From: Savitreella phatthalungensis
Taxonomy: Eukaryota
DNA length: 64,000 bases
Direction of reading: 5' to 3'
Assembly: GCA_051599415.1 (NCBI GenBank)
Contig: AP039690.1
Location: forward strand, 62,001 to 126,000
Positions 53,502-63,956 of this stretch are shown one piece after another; the first letter of the stretch is position 1; every line of letters begins with the position of its first letter. Below the pieces are notes generated by a model. That model worked only from the letters and a program-made list of their open reading frames with translations. It ran no database searches and had not been told where the DNA came from. A program made the position numbers and the translations under genes.

Positions 53502-55058
53502 TTAGTCGTCTGATGGACCTGCCAGGAGTTTAGCGTTCTGTTGTTTTCGGAAGGAGCTAGCTCTGGCTTTGCTTCTTGCGAGTGATCCGGAGGACTTCTT
53601 CTTGCGTTTTTTGAGGAGTGCGGCGTTGGCGTCGGAGGTGGACTTGCGAGCGCCACGAAGACCTTCGGTGGCTCGGTGTCCTTCGAGTGCGCCAGCGGCG
53701 TCACGCTGGAGACGTCGGAGCTTGGACGCAGCCGCAGTGCCCATCTGCGTTCGCACTCTGCCGAGTTTCGCCTTGTCGCGCGGACGGAGGCCATCGTCGC
53801 CGTTGCTGCCACCGAGCTTGTCCCGCTTCTTCTGCTCGGACTTGTGGAGGGAGCCGTGCTTGGACGCCCTGATGACCCGGAGTTTGCGCGACTTGGCGCT
53901 CTCTCCCGCAGCCAGATGGCCGACTGCTTTCTGGAGGATCGCCTTGTCGATCTTCTGGCCATCGAGGAGCAGAGCGTTCTGCACAGCTCCGGCGTCTTTG
54001 AATTGCACGTACGCGAAACCCTTGCCAACGTTAGTCTTCGCATCACGTACCACCCGCACCTTCTCCACTGATCCAGCCTTCCCAAAGTGCAGCCACAGCG
54101 ACTCGTCCTCAGCGTCGAAATCCAGGTTACCTACAAACACAGACCGCCGGTTGTCGTGCGCTGAGGGGTGAGCGACGCTGTCGACTCGCAGGTGCTTCCG
54201 GCCTGCAAAGTGGTGACCATCGAGGGTGGTGACGGCGGAACGAGCTTCCGACGGGGTGGCGTAGACGACGTATGCATTCGCAGTGTCACGCTCAGGGTGG
54301 AATTTGCCCTGGACAAAAGCGACCTTTCGTGGAAGCAGCTCAGAGAATGCGATCGACCGGAACCGGATGCTTTTCACCTTGCCACATCCCGACAGGAGCG
54401 TCTTGAACGATTTGTACTCGGTCGAAGAGGTGATCACGCTCACAGGCAGGTTGCCCACAAAAATGGTTGACTTTGCCTTCTCCAGCTCACGGTCTTTACG
54501 GTCGACAGACTCGTGTGTCAGAGTGTTGGGAGTGACTGCTCCGTCGTCGCTGTCGGCATCACTCTTGTCATCATCGTCATCGTCTGCGTCATTCTTGTTT
54601 TCCGTAGTCGGAGTGTCAGCATCGAGTGCAGATTCCTGGACAGCAGAAGGTTCGGGATTCCTGCTCTTCTTTCTCGGCTCTTCGACGTCGTCTTCCGTCG
54701 CTAGTCTCTGGAGATAGAGATCTTCGAGGAGGACATCATCACGCTTGCGCTTCCTGGGCTTCTTAGCTTTCGCTGAAGCGGCAGATGCAGTAGCAGCAAC
54801 GATGGCAGCTCTGGACTTGGGCTTGATAGGCGTCTTCTCGAGCGCAGCAGCAGCTAGTTCATCGTCAGAGTCAGCAGCAGCGTCAGATAGTTCGTTGTCC
54901 TTTCCTGCATAAACGGTCTGCGTAGTGATTCGATCAAGCTTGGCGTCACCAGTCTGCGTCTGTGATTGTCTCAGGGGTGTTGTCACCTGTAGCTTTGGAG
55001 TTGGCTTTGAACGGGGGCCCGCAGAGGCTGCGAAGAGTGCCTCGATTGACGCATCCAT
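53502..55058 (-). CDS. NOP12: Nucleolar protein 12 (two RRMs)
   Basis: TIFVGNLP, SIRFRSIAF, NAYVVY, HLRVDSVAHP, SVFVGNLDF, NVGKGFAYVQF, LEGHRA. Confidence 0.93.
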   Translation of the reverse strand: MDASIEALFAASAGPRSKPTPKLQVTTPLRQSQTQTGDAKLDRITTQTVYAGKDNELSDAAADSDDELAAAALEKTPIKPKSRAAIVAATASAASAKAKKPRKRKRDDVLLEDLYLQRLATEDDVEEPRKKSRNPEPSAVQESALDADTPTTENKNDADDDDDDKSDADSDDGAVTPNTLTHESVDRKDRELEKAKSTIFVGNLPVSVITSSTEYKSFKTLLSGCGKVKSIRFRSIAFSELLPRKVAFVQGKFHPERDTANAYVVYATPSEARSAVTTLDGHHFAGRKHLRVDSVAHPSAHDNRRSVFVGNLDFDAEDESLWLHFGKAGSVEKVRVVRDAKTNVGKGFAYVQFKDAGAVQNALLLDGQKIDKAILQKAVGHLAAGESAKSRKLRVIRASKHGSLHKSEQKKRDKLGGSNGDDGLRPRDKAKLGRVRTQMGTAAASKLRRLQRDAAGALEGHRATEGLRGARKSTSDANAALLKKRKKKSSGSLARSKARASSFRKQQNAKLLAGPSDD

Positions 55059-55159
55059 AGCAGAAGAATGAGAAGAAGAGACTCTACAGAGCCCGAGATG
55101 ATACGACCTGGGTAGGAAGGCTGATGTCTAACCTTGTGTCAGGGTCTCTCTAAACTACA

Positions 55160-55167
55160 TGTGACTG
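55160..55167 (-). promoter_or_regulatory. Homol-D-type box (CAGTCACA) upstream of NOP12
   Basis: Exact TGTGACTG on +, about 100 bp upstream of the NOP12 ATG; Homol-D is the S. pombe ribosomal-protein promoter element. Confidence 0.4.
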
Positions 55168-55484
55168 GATGGAAGTGATGCAGATCACGTGGATGTTGAT
55201 CTCCGTGCCTTGTCTTGTGGCGCAGGTGGCTGATATTTGGTGCATCTATCAATAAATCCATTTTAATGTGCAGTTATCAGTTATATCATCATCGAATTGG
55301 ATGATTCCTATCTGATAGAGTTGAAACTGAGAGATTGATCCAAATTGATATTATTTTTTGTACCTCATTACTGAAAACACATCTGGTTTTCGCCCACTTT
55401 GGCTGTAGTCACCTTAGTTCCTTACTGAGTCAGTCAATCTGTGTAGCAGGCAGGCAGGAAAGCAAGGCAGCAAGGCAGGCAGGC

Positions 55485-55526
55485 GAGTGACTGAGTGACT
55501 GAGTGACTGAGTGAGTGACTGGAGGG
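55485..55526. repeat. (GAGTGACT)n array ending in GGAGGG, in the NOP12/DEP1 divergent promoter
   Basis: Read directly. Confidence 0.8.
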
Positions 55527-56038
55527 CAGGGAGACATAGACCGTAGTAAGGTCAATCATATCCTCATCGCTCTACCTTCCCTTACCCCTTCCACTCTTCC
55601 CGTAGACACGCACAAACCTAGAAGTTGTCGTTAGGTCAAGACTCTACTCCTAGAGACAAACAATCTATCAAACAACCCCCGACGCACGTCACCAGACGCG
55701 CGCAAGGATTCCCAAAGTCGCGAGACTTTGTTCAACGCGCACCCCTATCAACACTCGTCAACCTCCACAGCGAGTCACCCACACACCCACACAAACGTAT
55801 TACCCCCTGAGATCACCGGGTCGAGCTTCTGAGTACTGGACCACCAACCGTTCGCCGACCAGCTCATCTGCTCCATCGAAACAGCCCAACCTGGACTAGC
55901 AGCATGCACGACACGCGCCAGACACCATCCTGACGAGACAGTCCCGCCAATCCATCACTCCCAAACTAACCTCACTTCCAGATACTTGCTTGACACCGAT
56001 AGGATCATCGACCTACCTCATCTCTCCACAGCCTCGTC

Positions 56039-59000
56039 ATGCGCGATTCCCGCTCGTCCAGATCCCGACCGGACAGGCGTGCAGGCAGCGCAGCTCCGCC
56101 CACCACCTCCTCAACACAACCGTTGATGCCTCCAGCTAGAGGTACCTCGGCTGTTCGCAGATCTCGCGGGGGTCAGACAGGAAACAGCAGCGCTTCGACA
56201 CGCTCACAAGGCGACGAATCCGTGTCAGATGGAGAGCTCGCCCGCCCATCGTCGTCGTCAAGAGGCGTTGCGCTAAGGTCGAGAGCCCGAGCCACCGCAA
56301 GCGATGACGATCGGGATAGTAAGCCTTCCCAAATGGTAGAACCTCCAGATAGATCCGGCACACCGCAGCTTCCGACAACTGCAGCTACATATCAGAGCAC
56401 AGGCTTCTCGGACGACGGCGGCCCACTCACACCCGATGCCAACCCATCCGAAGCAGAGACCGTCCATCTCGACAGTGACGAGGACAACGACAACGACGAA
56501 AGCAATTCCCAAGCAGCCGGCAAGCCCGAACCACCGACCGACGGTCTTCTCTCAGAACTCGGCTCAGTCGATATCCCTGACGATTTGGACGACCTTTCCT
56601 CAAAATACAACGATTCAGTCGCTGACGAGCTGGAACCGCTTGACGCCGACATTGTCGACAGTGTCGATGCGAACGTCGATGCTGACGCAGAAGCAGAGGC
56701 TGATGACGAGGCAGAGCCCGAAAATGACGCTAAGATCGATGATGGCGACGACGACCTGGATGTCGACGAGGCAGATGGTATTGATGAGACAGGCGAGCAA
56801 CTGGAACCCGCTTCGGATGACGTCGATGTCGACGCCGAACAAGCGGATGGAGACGAGGAGGAAGTAGAGGAGGATGCGGAAGATGAAGATGAGGATGAGG
56901 AAGAAGAAGAAGAAGAGGAAGAAGACGCTGAAGAAGAGGACGCGGAGGAGGAGGATGCCGATCAGGAAGCGGAAGAAGAACTCGAACCTGAGGCCGAGGC
57001 AGACGACTCTATCTCCCGCAAACGCAAGCGTGACGAGGAAGACGAAGCGACCGATCCATCTCAGGCTCCTGAAGATGCTGTGGGTGCAGAAGCAGGACCG
57101 CGCAAGGGCATGCGGTTAGGCCCGAAGATCATGGCCAAACCTTTGGTACCCGAGGATGACGATGACGAGGAAGAGGACGAAGATGAGCTGAATGCCGCGC
57201 CTTCACCGAGCGTGCCTGCAGACCTCGACGACCTTGACGTCCTCGATCAGGAAGCACAGGCTGCTGAAGTCATCAAGCCCGAAGGTACTGAGGTCGAGGA
57301 AGAAGACCAGGCGCCGGACACGCCGCAGATTGACGAACCTGACGGCGAGCCTGAAGAGGAAGAGGTCGAGGCCGAAGAAGAGGACGAGAAGGGTAGAGCA
57401 GATCGCGAGGAGCGCAACAAGCGCCGCGACGAAGCACTTGCTCGCCTGCGGGAAATCGAAGATAACTTCGGCATCCTCCGCCATCGACTTTTCGAGGAGC
57501 GAGCTGCACAAATCGATCGCGAACTCGAGCTCGTCACTCACGACGATCATCCGATCCTGAAGAAGCGTGCAGCGCTTGACTCTGCTCGTCGCGCGACACG
57601 CCATGAACGGGCACGCAAGCTCCTGCGTTTGCGCCAAGTCGAGGTCGAACGCGAGTTTCGGGCGAAGCGATACATGGCTCACGATCAGTTCGCACAAGAC
57701 AGACAGAAGGTCCGCGCTTCACTGCTGTCGAAGACCTCGGCAGAATGGTTCCAGATTCACCGCGAGAAGCGGCTGATGGATATGGCCGTGCCAGAATACG
57801 GCTACGTCGTGCCGGAGCGGAAAAGCGTTCAGCAACGCCATCGTCGCGAGCTAGAAGCCGAGCTGACAATCCTCGCAGGTTTCCAACGCTTTGTTGGTTT
57901 TCCAGCCGCGCCGGAGGTTGCTTCCGCCACCGCTGCCGATGTCCAGTCTGACCTGACAGAGATGGGCTTGATCAAGCAAAAGGTCGTTCAGCCGTCGGCT
58001 GCAGCGACCATCTCGCGCAAGCAGGCGCCTACCATGGCTGCAAGCATTCCTCCGGCAGCTGCCCGCAACAGCGCCAGTCAGCACAACGCCAATCAGAACG
58101 GTCACGGGCACAGCCACGGCTCCAAGTTTGTCAACCACAACCCACAGCAGATGGCATCGGCTGCAGAATCGCGAAAGCGATCGCAACAAGCACAGCAATC
58201 GCAGCAACAGCAACAGCAGCAGCAGCAACCACAATCTCAGCAACAGCCGCAGCAGCAAGTGGCGCAACACCATCACCATCACCACAACCATCAACCGCAA
58301 CAGGTCCAGCAAGCACAGCAGCAGCACATCCCGCAAATACATGGCCATCAATCTCACCAGCACAGTCACCAGTTCGATGCACGGTCGCAGCACGAGCACT
58401 CCCTTCCGCCGTCCCAGCCGCCGCAGTCACAGCAGCAGCAGCCGGCACCGCTCTCGCGACAGCAGCACAGCGAGGCGAAGCCGCCACCTTCACGACCTGC
58501 TCACCTGCAGCACTTGTTGCGACAGGACGACGGGGAGCAGGTCAAACAGCTACCGAGTTTGCCTCCGATGGGCAATGTGGACAATCCACGTCCTCCTCCC
58601 CATGCTCAGCAGCAGGCATCTTACTGGCAGAACAACGGCAGTCATCCACACGCACACCAGCAGCCCCCACCGCCGCCACACGTTCCAGCTGGCTCGCATA
58701 TGTATCCTCCATCGGTGAGTGGTGGAGCTCCAGTGTATCAAGGCTATGGCGGTACTCCTGGGCCTGGTGCAGGGCCAGGCGCATCGTACTACAGTCCAGC
58801 GCATGGGCCGCCGGGCGCAGGACCATATCATCCTTCACCCTACTCGCAGGGGTCTCATCCGCCATCTTCGCGCGATGGCTCGAGTAACTCGCAGCAGCAA
58901 CAGCCTCAAAGACCTCCAGGAGCAGGGCTTGGACCTGGACCGCGTGATACTTACCCGCGAGACTACCGCGCAGCGCCGCCGGAGCCAGCCTACGGTAATT

Positions 59001-59578
59001 CATACGGCCCCCGAGCGCCGCAGCAATCGCCTCTGCCGCCCGCACAATCATCACAAGGCAGTTCGGTTTCTGGTGCCGCGCCACATCATCACCATCACCA
59101 CCATCATCATCACCACCACCGCTTGCCACCCGTGGTGAAGAATGAGGGTGGGCCGGCGATGCCATCGCGCGAGACTGCCTCGTCGATGGGAAAGAATGGT
59201 AGTCCTGCGATGCAGCAGCCACCGCCGTCAACAACATCGTCATCGTCACAGCAGCAGCAGCAGCAGCAACAATCCGCGCATCACCATCACCACCACCATC
59301 ACGGGCACCTCCACCACCATACGCCGCCTCCACAGCAGCAGCAGTCTGGAGGTCCCACGCGTGATATCAAGCACGATCCGCTCCGCTCGCTATTCGGTCC
59401 TCCTCCGCCAGCGCCTGCTTCCCAGCAGCAGCAGCAAGCGCCGCAGCAGAGTGGACCACCGCAGCAGCATCCTCACAGCCACCTGCATAGTCACGGACCC
59501 ACTCACACACACGCTCACGCTCACGCGCACGCGCACGCCTCTAGCCATGGACATAGCCATACTCACGGAAGCAGGTGA
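56039..59578 (+). CDS. DEP1: Sds3-like Rpd3L histone deacetylase complex subunit (Dep1-like) with acidic N-region and Q/H/P-rich C-region
   Basis: RRDEALARLREIEDNFGILRHRLFEER...WFQIHREKR...ILAGFQRFVGFPAAPEV is the Sds3-like domain. Confidence 0.82.
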   Translation: MRDSRSSRSRPDRRAGSAAPPTTSSTQPLMPPARGTSAVRRSRGGQTGNSSASTRSQGDESVSDGELARPSSSSRGVALRSRARATASDDDRDSKPSQMVEPPDRSGTPQLPTTAATYQSTGFSDDGGPLTPDANPSEAETVHLDSDEDNDNDESNSQAAGKPEPPTDGLLSELGSVDIPDDLDDLSSKYNDSVADELEPLDADIVDSVDANVDADAEAEADDEAEPENDAKIDDGDDDLDVDEADGIDETGEQLEPASDDVDVDAEQADGDEEEVEEDAEDEDEDEEEEEEEEEDAEEEDAEEEDADQEAEEELEPEAEADDSISRKRKRDEEDEATDPSQAPEDAVGAEAGPRKGMRLGPKIMAKPLVPEDDDDEEEDEDELNAAPSPSVPADLDDLDVLDQEAQAAEVIKPEGTEVEEEDQAPDTPQIDEPDGEPEEEEVEAEEEDEKGRADREERNKRRDEALARLREIEDNFGILRHRLFEERAAQIDRELELVTHDDHPILKKRAALDSARRATRHERARKLLRLRQVEVEREFRAKRYMAHDQFAQDRQKVRASLLSKTSAEWFQIHREKRLMDMAVPEYGYVVPERKSVQQRHRRELEAELTILAGFQRFVGFPAAPEVASATAADVQSDLTEMGLIKQKVVQPSAAATISRKQAPTMAASIPPAAARNSASQHNANQNGHGHSHGSKFVNHNPQQMASAAESRKRSQQAQQSQQQQQQQQQPQSQQQPQQQVAQHHHHHHNHQPQQVQQAQQQHIPQIHGHQSHQHSHQFDARSQHEHSLPPSQPPQSQQQQPAPLSRQQHSEAKPPPSRPAHLQHLLRQDDGEQVKQLPSLPPMGNVDNPRPPPHAQQQASYWQNNGSHPHAHQQPPPPPHVPAGSHMYPPSVSGGAPVYQGYGGTPGPGAGPGASYYSPAHGPPGAGPYHPSPYSQGSHPPSSRDGSSNSQQQQPQRPPGAGLGPGPRDTYPRDYRAAPPEPAYGNSYGPRAPQQSPLPPAQSSQGSSVSGAAPHHHHHHHHHHHHRLPPVVKNEGGPAMPSRETASSMGKNGSPAMQQPPPSTTSSSSQQQQQQQQSAHHHHHHHHGHLHHHTPPPQQQQSGGPTRDIKHDPLRSLFGPPPPAPASQQQQQAPQQSGPPQQHPHSHLHSHGPTHTHAHAHAHAHASSHGHSHTHGSR

Positions 59579-59679
59579 CGAAGAAAAAAAAGACGTTGAT
59601 CGAGATCACCCTCGTCCTAATACATACCTGTACTTTGCCCGTCTCTTCCCTCTTGTTCTTGTGTGCTCATGTCGTCCTC

Positions 59680-60060
59680 TCATTCACCGAACAATTTCTG
59701 GACGCGCTTCATGACAGAGTCCTTCTCCGGGTCGTAAGGATGCTCCTTGCTTGGGATCTCCAACAATGCTGGAAACGCCTTTGTATACGCGTCCACCTCC
59801 GGCCTGATCACCTCTGCCACATGCTGATTCACCAGCAGGATCGCGATATCCTCTCTCTCCTCCGTAAACCTCCTGAACGCCTCCGCAATCCGATCACGTT
59901 CCTTCCCAGGATCAGCACCAACAATCACAAAATTACTTCCACCCTCACCACGGCTCCCTGTACCAGCCAAAAGCAAACCAGTCGTCGTGTCCTCGTCGCA
60001 GATACTCGCTATCAGCGAACGCTGCCGGAAATCCTTGTCCTTGCCACCAGCTGTCGCCAT
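59680..60060 (-). CDS. VMA7: V-type ATPase subunit F
   Basis: [49 protein letters not shown] 60060. Confidence 0.96.
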   Translation of the reverse strand: MATAGGKDKDFRQRSLIASICDEDTTTGLLLAGTGSRGEGGSNFVIVGADPGKERDRIAEAFRRFTEEREDIAILLVNQHVAEVIRPEVDAYTKAFPALLEIPSKEHPYDPEKDSVMKRVQKLFGE

Positions 60061-60609
60061 CGTCTGCAAAGGGGACGCGACAGGGGTTGCAGGAGGGGTG
60101 GTAGGTCGTAGAAGTGTTGTTGGAGGTGCGTCATATCGATCAATGTATTGTCTTGCAAGTGGAATTGTCACGTGTTTGGAAAAGTGGGCAGGGTGTGGAG
60201 GGATGCATGAATGATCTCTCAGAAGGGTTCGGATGTAGGATATTCATCGATTGATAGGAGTCTACAGCTGCTAGATCTCCTGGAGGAATACGTCGTAGGC
60301 GCTTGGATGGACAAATCATAGGGACGCAGGACGACGATCAGTCGTGAAGACACGGGAAAGACGACAGATGAGTCATGGACAAGGATGAGGGGTGTCTGAA
60401 TCCCAGGACTTGGAAAAGCCTGAGAATTCCGCAATCGTCCCAACGTCCCCTTCTGTGAGGAGGCAGACGGTGGACGATTGGGAGACTCGTGTGTGGTAGA
60501 AGGAATGCAAATTTTCTGTGTAAGTCGTAGACGTGTCAAGAAGAGCAGGATATCTGCAAGGGGATCTGCTCGCCGATGTTGTTGTTGCTGTTTTCCGACT
60601 CTTGTTTTT

Positions 60610-61077
60610 TTACTTGAGCGGGATGAAACGGGAGGAGTTGGTTGCTCCGATACCTGGACGTCCGTGCTTGACGGGCTTGTATGAGATGGAGAACTCGCCG
60701 AGGTAGTGGCCGACCATCTCTGGGCGGATCTCGACCTGGTTGAAGACCTTGCCGTTGTAGACGCCGATGATGGAGCCGATCATCTCAGGGACGACGATCA
60801 TGTCACGCAGGTGTGTCTTGACAGCAGCAGGCTTCTCGTTTGCTGCAGCCTCCTTCTTCGCCTTGCGCAGCTTCTTGATCAGACCCATGGGCTTGCGCTT
60901 CAAACCACGGTTGAATTTTCTGCGAGCACGAGCGTGCACAAGGTCCATCAGCTGCTCGGTCGAGAGGTCGAGCAGTGGCTCAAGGTCCACTCCACGGTAC
61001 TGGTACTTGCGGAACGACCGGCTCTTCTTGAGCTCGGCTGCCTTTTGGGCATCATAGTCATCTCCGGCGTCGCTCAT
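60610..61077 (-). CDS. RPS15: 40S ribosomal protein S15 (uS19), intronless
   Basis: [52 protein letters not shown]. Confidence 0.98.
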   Translation of the reverse strand: MSDAGDDYDAQKAAELKKSRSFRKYQYRGVDLEPLLDLSTEQLMDLVHARARRKFNRGLKRKPMGLIKKLRKAKKEAAANEKPAAVKTHLRDMIVVPEMIGSIIGVYNGKVFNQVEIRPEMVGHYLGEFSISYKPVKHGRPGIGATNSSRFIPLK

Positions 61078-61767
61078 GATGTCGATGAGTGACTCGAAAA
61101 GGATGGAGAACTTATTGAAATGGTAGTCTGTCGCGTCGAGAATCGGTAGATGGTTGGTGCTAGAGGTGGCAGAGGGAGGGGGACAGAGAGGGTGTGAGTG
61201 ACTGGAGGGTATGTGAGTGAGTGAATGAGTGAGTGAGTGAGTGAGTCAATACAGTGTATGCAGCAGGAGACAGGGAGAGCAAGTAAGTGAGTATAACAGA
61301 GCGTCTACCGAAAGTATAGGAATGGAGCAAATGGCCTATACTAAAAAGTCCGACTTCCTAATACTCTACTAAATGCGTTGTATATATCACGGGTAAAATT
61401 TCAAAGTCGTCTGCCTTTTGCAGAACTGGTTTTGGAGGGCGATCGATTTCACACGCTCAATTCAAGTTCAAATTCAAATTCAGTCAAATTCAATTAGAAG
61501 GGATGAAATCACAGAAAATAGTTAAGCTATTAGGGAATAAATGCAAAGAGTAGTGATTCAGTGAGTGAGTAAGTAAGCAAGGAAGTAGGTGAGAGATTGG
61601 ATTAACCCAGCCAATCCACAACCACAGCCATCTGCCACTTTCACATTCTCTCTGCACACACACATACTACCACTCACTCATTCACTCATTCACTCACTCA
61701 CTCACTCGCTCACACACCACCGCTGCTCAGACCCAGTGTAGCCTAGACTCCAGGGCCAAACACCTCT

Positions 61768-61817
61768 CTCACCTCACCTCACCTCACCTCACCTCACCTC
61801 ACCTCACCTCACCTCAC
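61768..61817. repeat. (CTCAC)10 pentanucleotide microsatellite in the RPL36 promoter
   Basis: Read directly; (CACT/CATT)n tracts lie at about 61670-61710. Confidence 0.95.
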
Positions 61818-62020
61818 CACACGCACACGCACCTGCACCTGCACACAGTACTGCACCAGTGGGTCAGCCAACGAGTGAGTACTGACTGACTGGCTCACCG
61901 AGTAACCGAGTCAATCTCCCTGGTCACTGACCGCCAGAGTCCGTACACACCCACAGCACCAGATCTTCAAAACAGTCTTCACCATCAACTCTCTTTTCCA
62001 TACCATATCCATCGACAATA

Positions 62021-62335
62021 ATGGCACCTACAGCACGCTCAGGCTTGCCAATCGGCAAGGACCACGGTCACATCACAACCATCCACAAGGCTCCGGTCAA
62101 GCCTTCGCGCAGAAAAGGTGCTCTCTCGAAGCGCTCTGCTTTCGTCCGTGACCTCGTCCGTGAGGTCTGCGGTCTCGCCCCTTACGAGCGTCGCACCATC
62201 GAACTCCTCCGTGTCTCTCAGGACAAGCGCGCTCGCAAGCTCGTCAAGCGTCGTCTCGGTACCCACGGCCGTGCTCTCAAGAAGATCGACGAGCTCACCA
62301 ACTACATGGCAGAGTCCAGGCGTGCAGGCCACTAA
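62021..62335 (+). CDS. RPL36: 60S ribosomal protein L36 (eL36), intronless
   Basis: [42 protein letters not shown]. Confidence 0.97.
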   Translation: MAPTARSGLPIGKDHGHITTIHKAPVKPSRRKGALSKRSAFVRDLVREVCGLAPYERRTIELLRVSQDKRARKLVKRRLGTHGRALKKIDELTNYMAESRRAGH

Positions 62336-63256
62336 ACGGCCTACACCTAAAATCATGCCCTTGGCCTTTCGTCAGAAAGAAAATTTTGCAGCCGCTAGAT
62401 CTACCTTCATCATTCTCTCTTCCTCATAAGCGGGGAAGCACACGACAAGGAAAGGAAATCACGGTGGAACAAGCTCCTTTTTCTCTGCTCGACAGAAGCC
62501 AAAAACACTCTTTCTCTACGTCTAAATTCGCATCTCATGACTTGGCTCTCTTTCCCCCGTCATCCTGTGCTCGCGCGATACCTTTCTGCCTTGCCGTGTT
62601 TGGACTACACAGTCAACGGACAGTGTTCAGAAGCTCATCATGCGCATGGCCTGTGACACAGCACTGTTGCACCATCACTGCTGACTGACCGAATATACTG
62701 CAACTCTGCGCTCGCCACGTGACGCCCGACCGAAATCTTCTACATCCTGCTGTATACCTGTGTATGTTATGTGTGTGACTCTGCTCAGATATACTCGTCA
62801 CTTTTCATCACGGTTGCTACGAGAGATCTTGCCAACCTGAACCAAGATTCGACTCGTTCACAACCTCATCATGCGAGCCGTGCATCCTGCCGCATACGTG
62901 ATCCGGGACATTGCCCCATCAACCTGGATCAACCTCAAGATCTCGCGACTCTACATCAATTGAAGCACTCGTGCAGGTCACGGTACATCCTTGTCAATCT
63001 ATGGCTCAAGCATCATGTCCGGCGATCAGCCTCCGTGGTAGGGATCTGTTCTCTACTACACGAAGATCTCCATTGCATCTCCCTACCATTTGGCCACCGT
63101 ACCATGAGTGTTTGAGGTCACGTGTTTCTGAGAGAAATCTTTTTCTCACGCCCGAAATTACGAATTTTATCCTGAATATTGTGAATTCCACTGGCAAGCA
63201 CAGACTAACAGTGATCCAGTGAGAGACAGAGAGAGACAGAGAGAATTCCCTGAGCT

Positions 63257-63299
<43 letters not shown>
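63257..63299. repeat. (AGCA)~10 tetranucleotide microsatellite upstream of RPS13
   Basis: Read directly. Confidence 0.95.
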
Positions 63300-63527
63300 T
63301 AGCGAGTAGGAAGGCCAGTAGTACGCGCAGGTCACCAATCGCACCGTGTCAGGGCTAGCTAGTGTGAGCGCTAGCACACAGTACAGGCTCACTGGGTGAG
63401 TGGTAGCACCTTCCGTGAGCTTGACTATCCTGGTGTAGCGAGGATTGAGTGTCTCTCTCATAGTCTCCATTACAAGTATATCTCTCGTCAACCGGATCCT
63501 GTAACACCGACAACCACTATACACAGC

Positions 63528-63713
63528 GTACGTATCAATCCTCTTCCGTGAGCAGTGCAGCGCAAGGTCAGACAGACGATTAAGAGGTTCAACGACAGTC
63601 TATATACCGCGCGACAATTCTCCAAGACCTCCAAGCGCGACAATCGTCAAATCTTCTTACTGCTGCTACGCACTGGCTCTCGTCTACTATTTGACGTTCG
63701 TTGCTAACTTCAG
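63528..63713 (+). other. Predicted 5'-UTR intron of RPS13 (186 nt, structured)
   Basis: GTACGT donor, GCTAAC branch, TTCAG acceptor ending 8 nt before the ATG. Confidence 0.65.
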
Positions 63714-63721
63714 TCAGAATC

Positions 63722-63956
63722 ATGGGTCGCATGCACAGCAAGGGAAAGGGTATGAGCTCTTCAGCTCTGCCATACTCTCGTACACCTCCGTCTTGGTGCA
63801 AGGCGGACGCGTCTGAGGTGTCTGACCAGATCTTCAAGCTCGCTCGTAAGGGCTTGACCCCATCGCAGATCGGTGTCGTCCTCCGTGACTCCCACGGTGT
63901 CCCCCAGGTCCGCTTTGTCACCGGCAACAAGATTCTCCGAATCCTCAAGTCGAACG
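63722..63956 (+). CDS. RPS13: 40S ribosomal protein S13 (uS15), first coding exon; intron begins GTATGT at 63957 and the gene continues past the window
   Basis: [18 protein letters not shown]...[21 protein letters not shown]...[13 protein letters not shown]. Confidence 0.97.
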
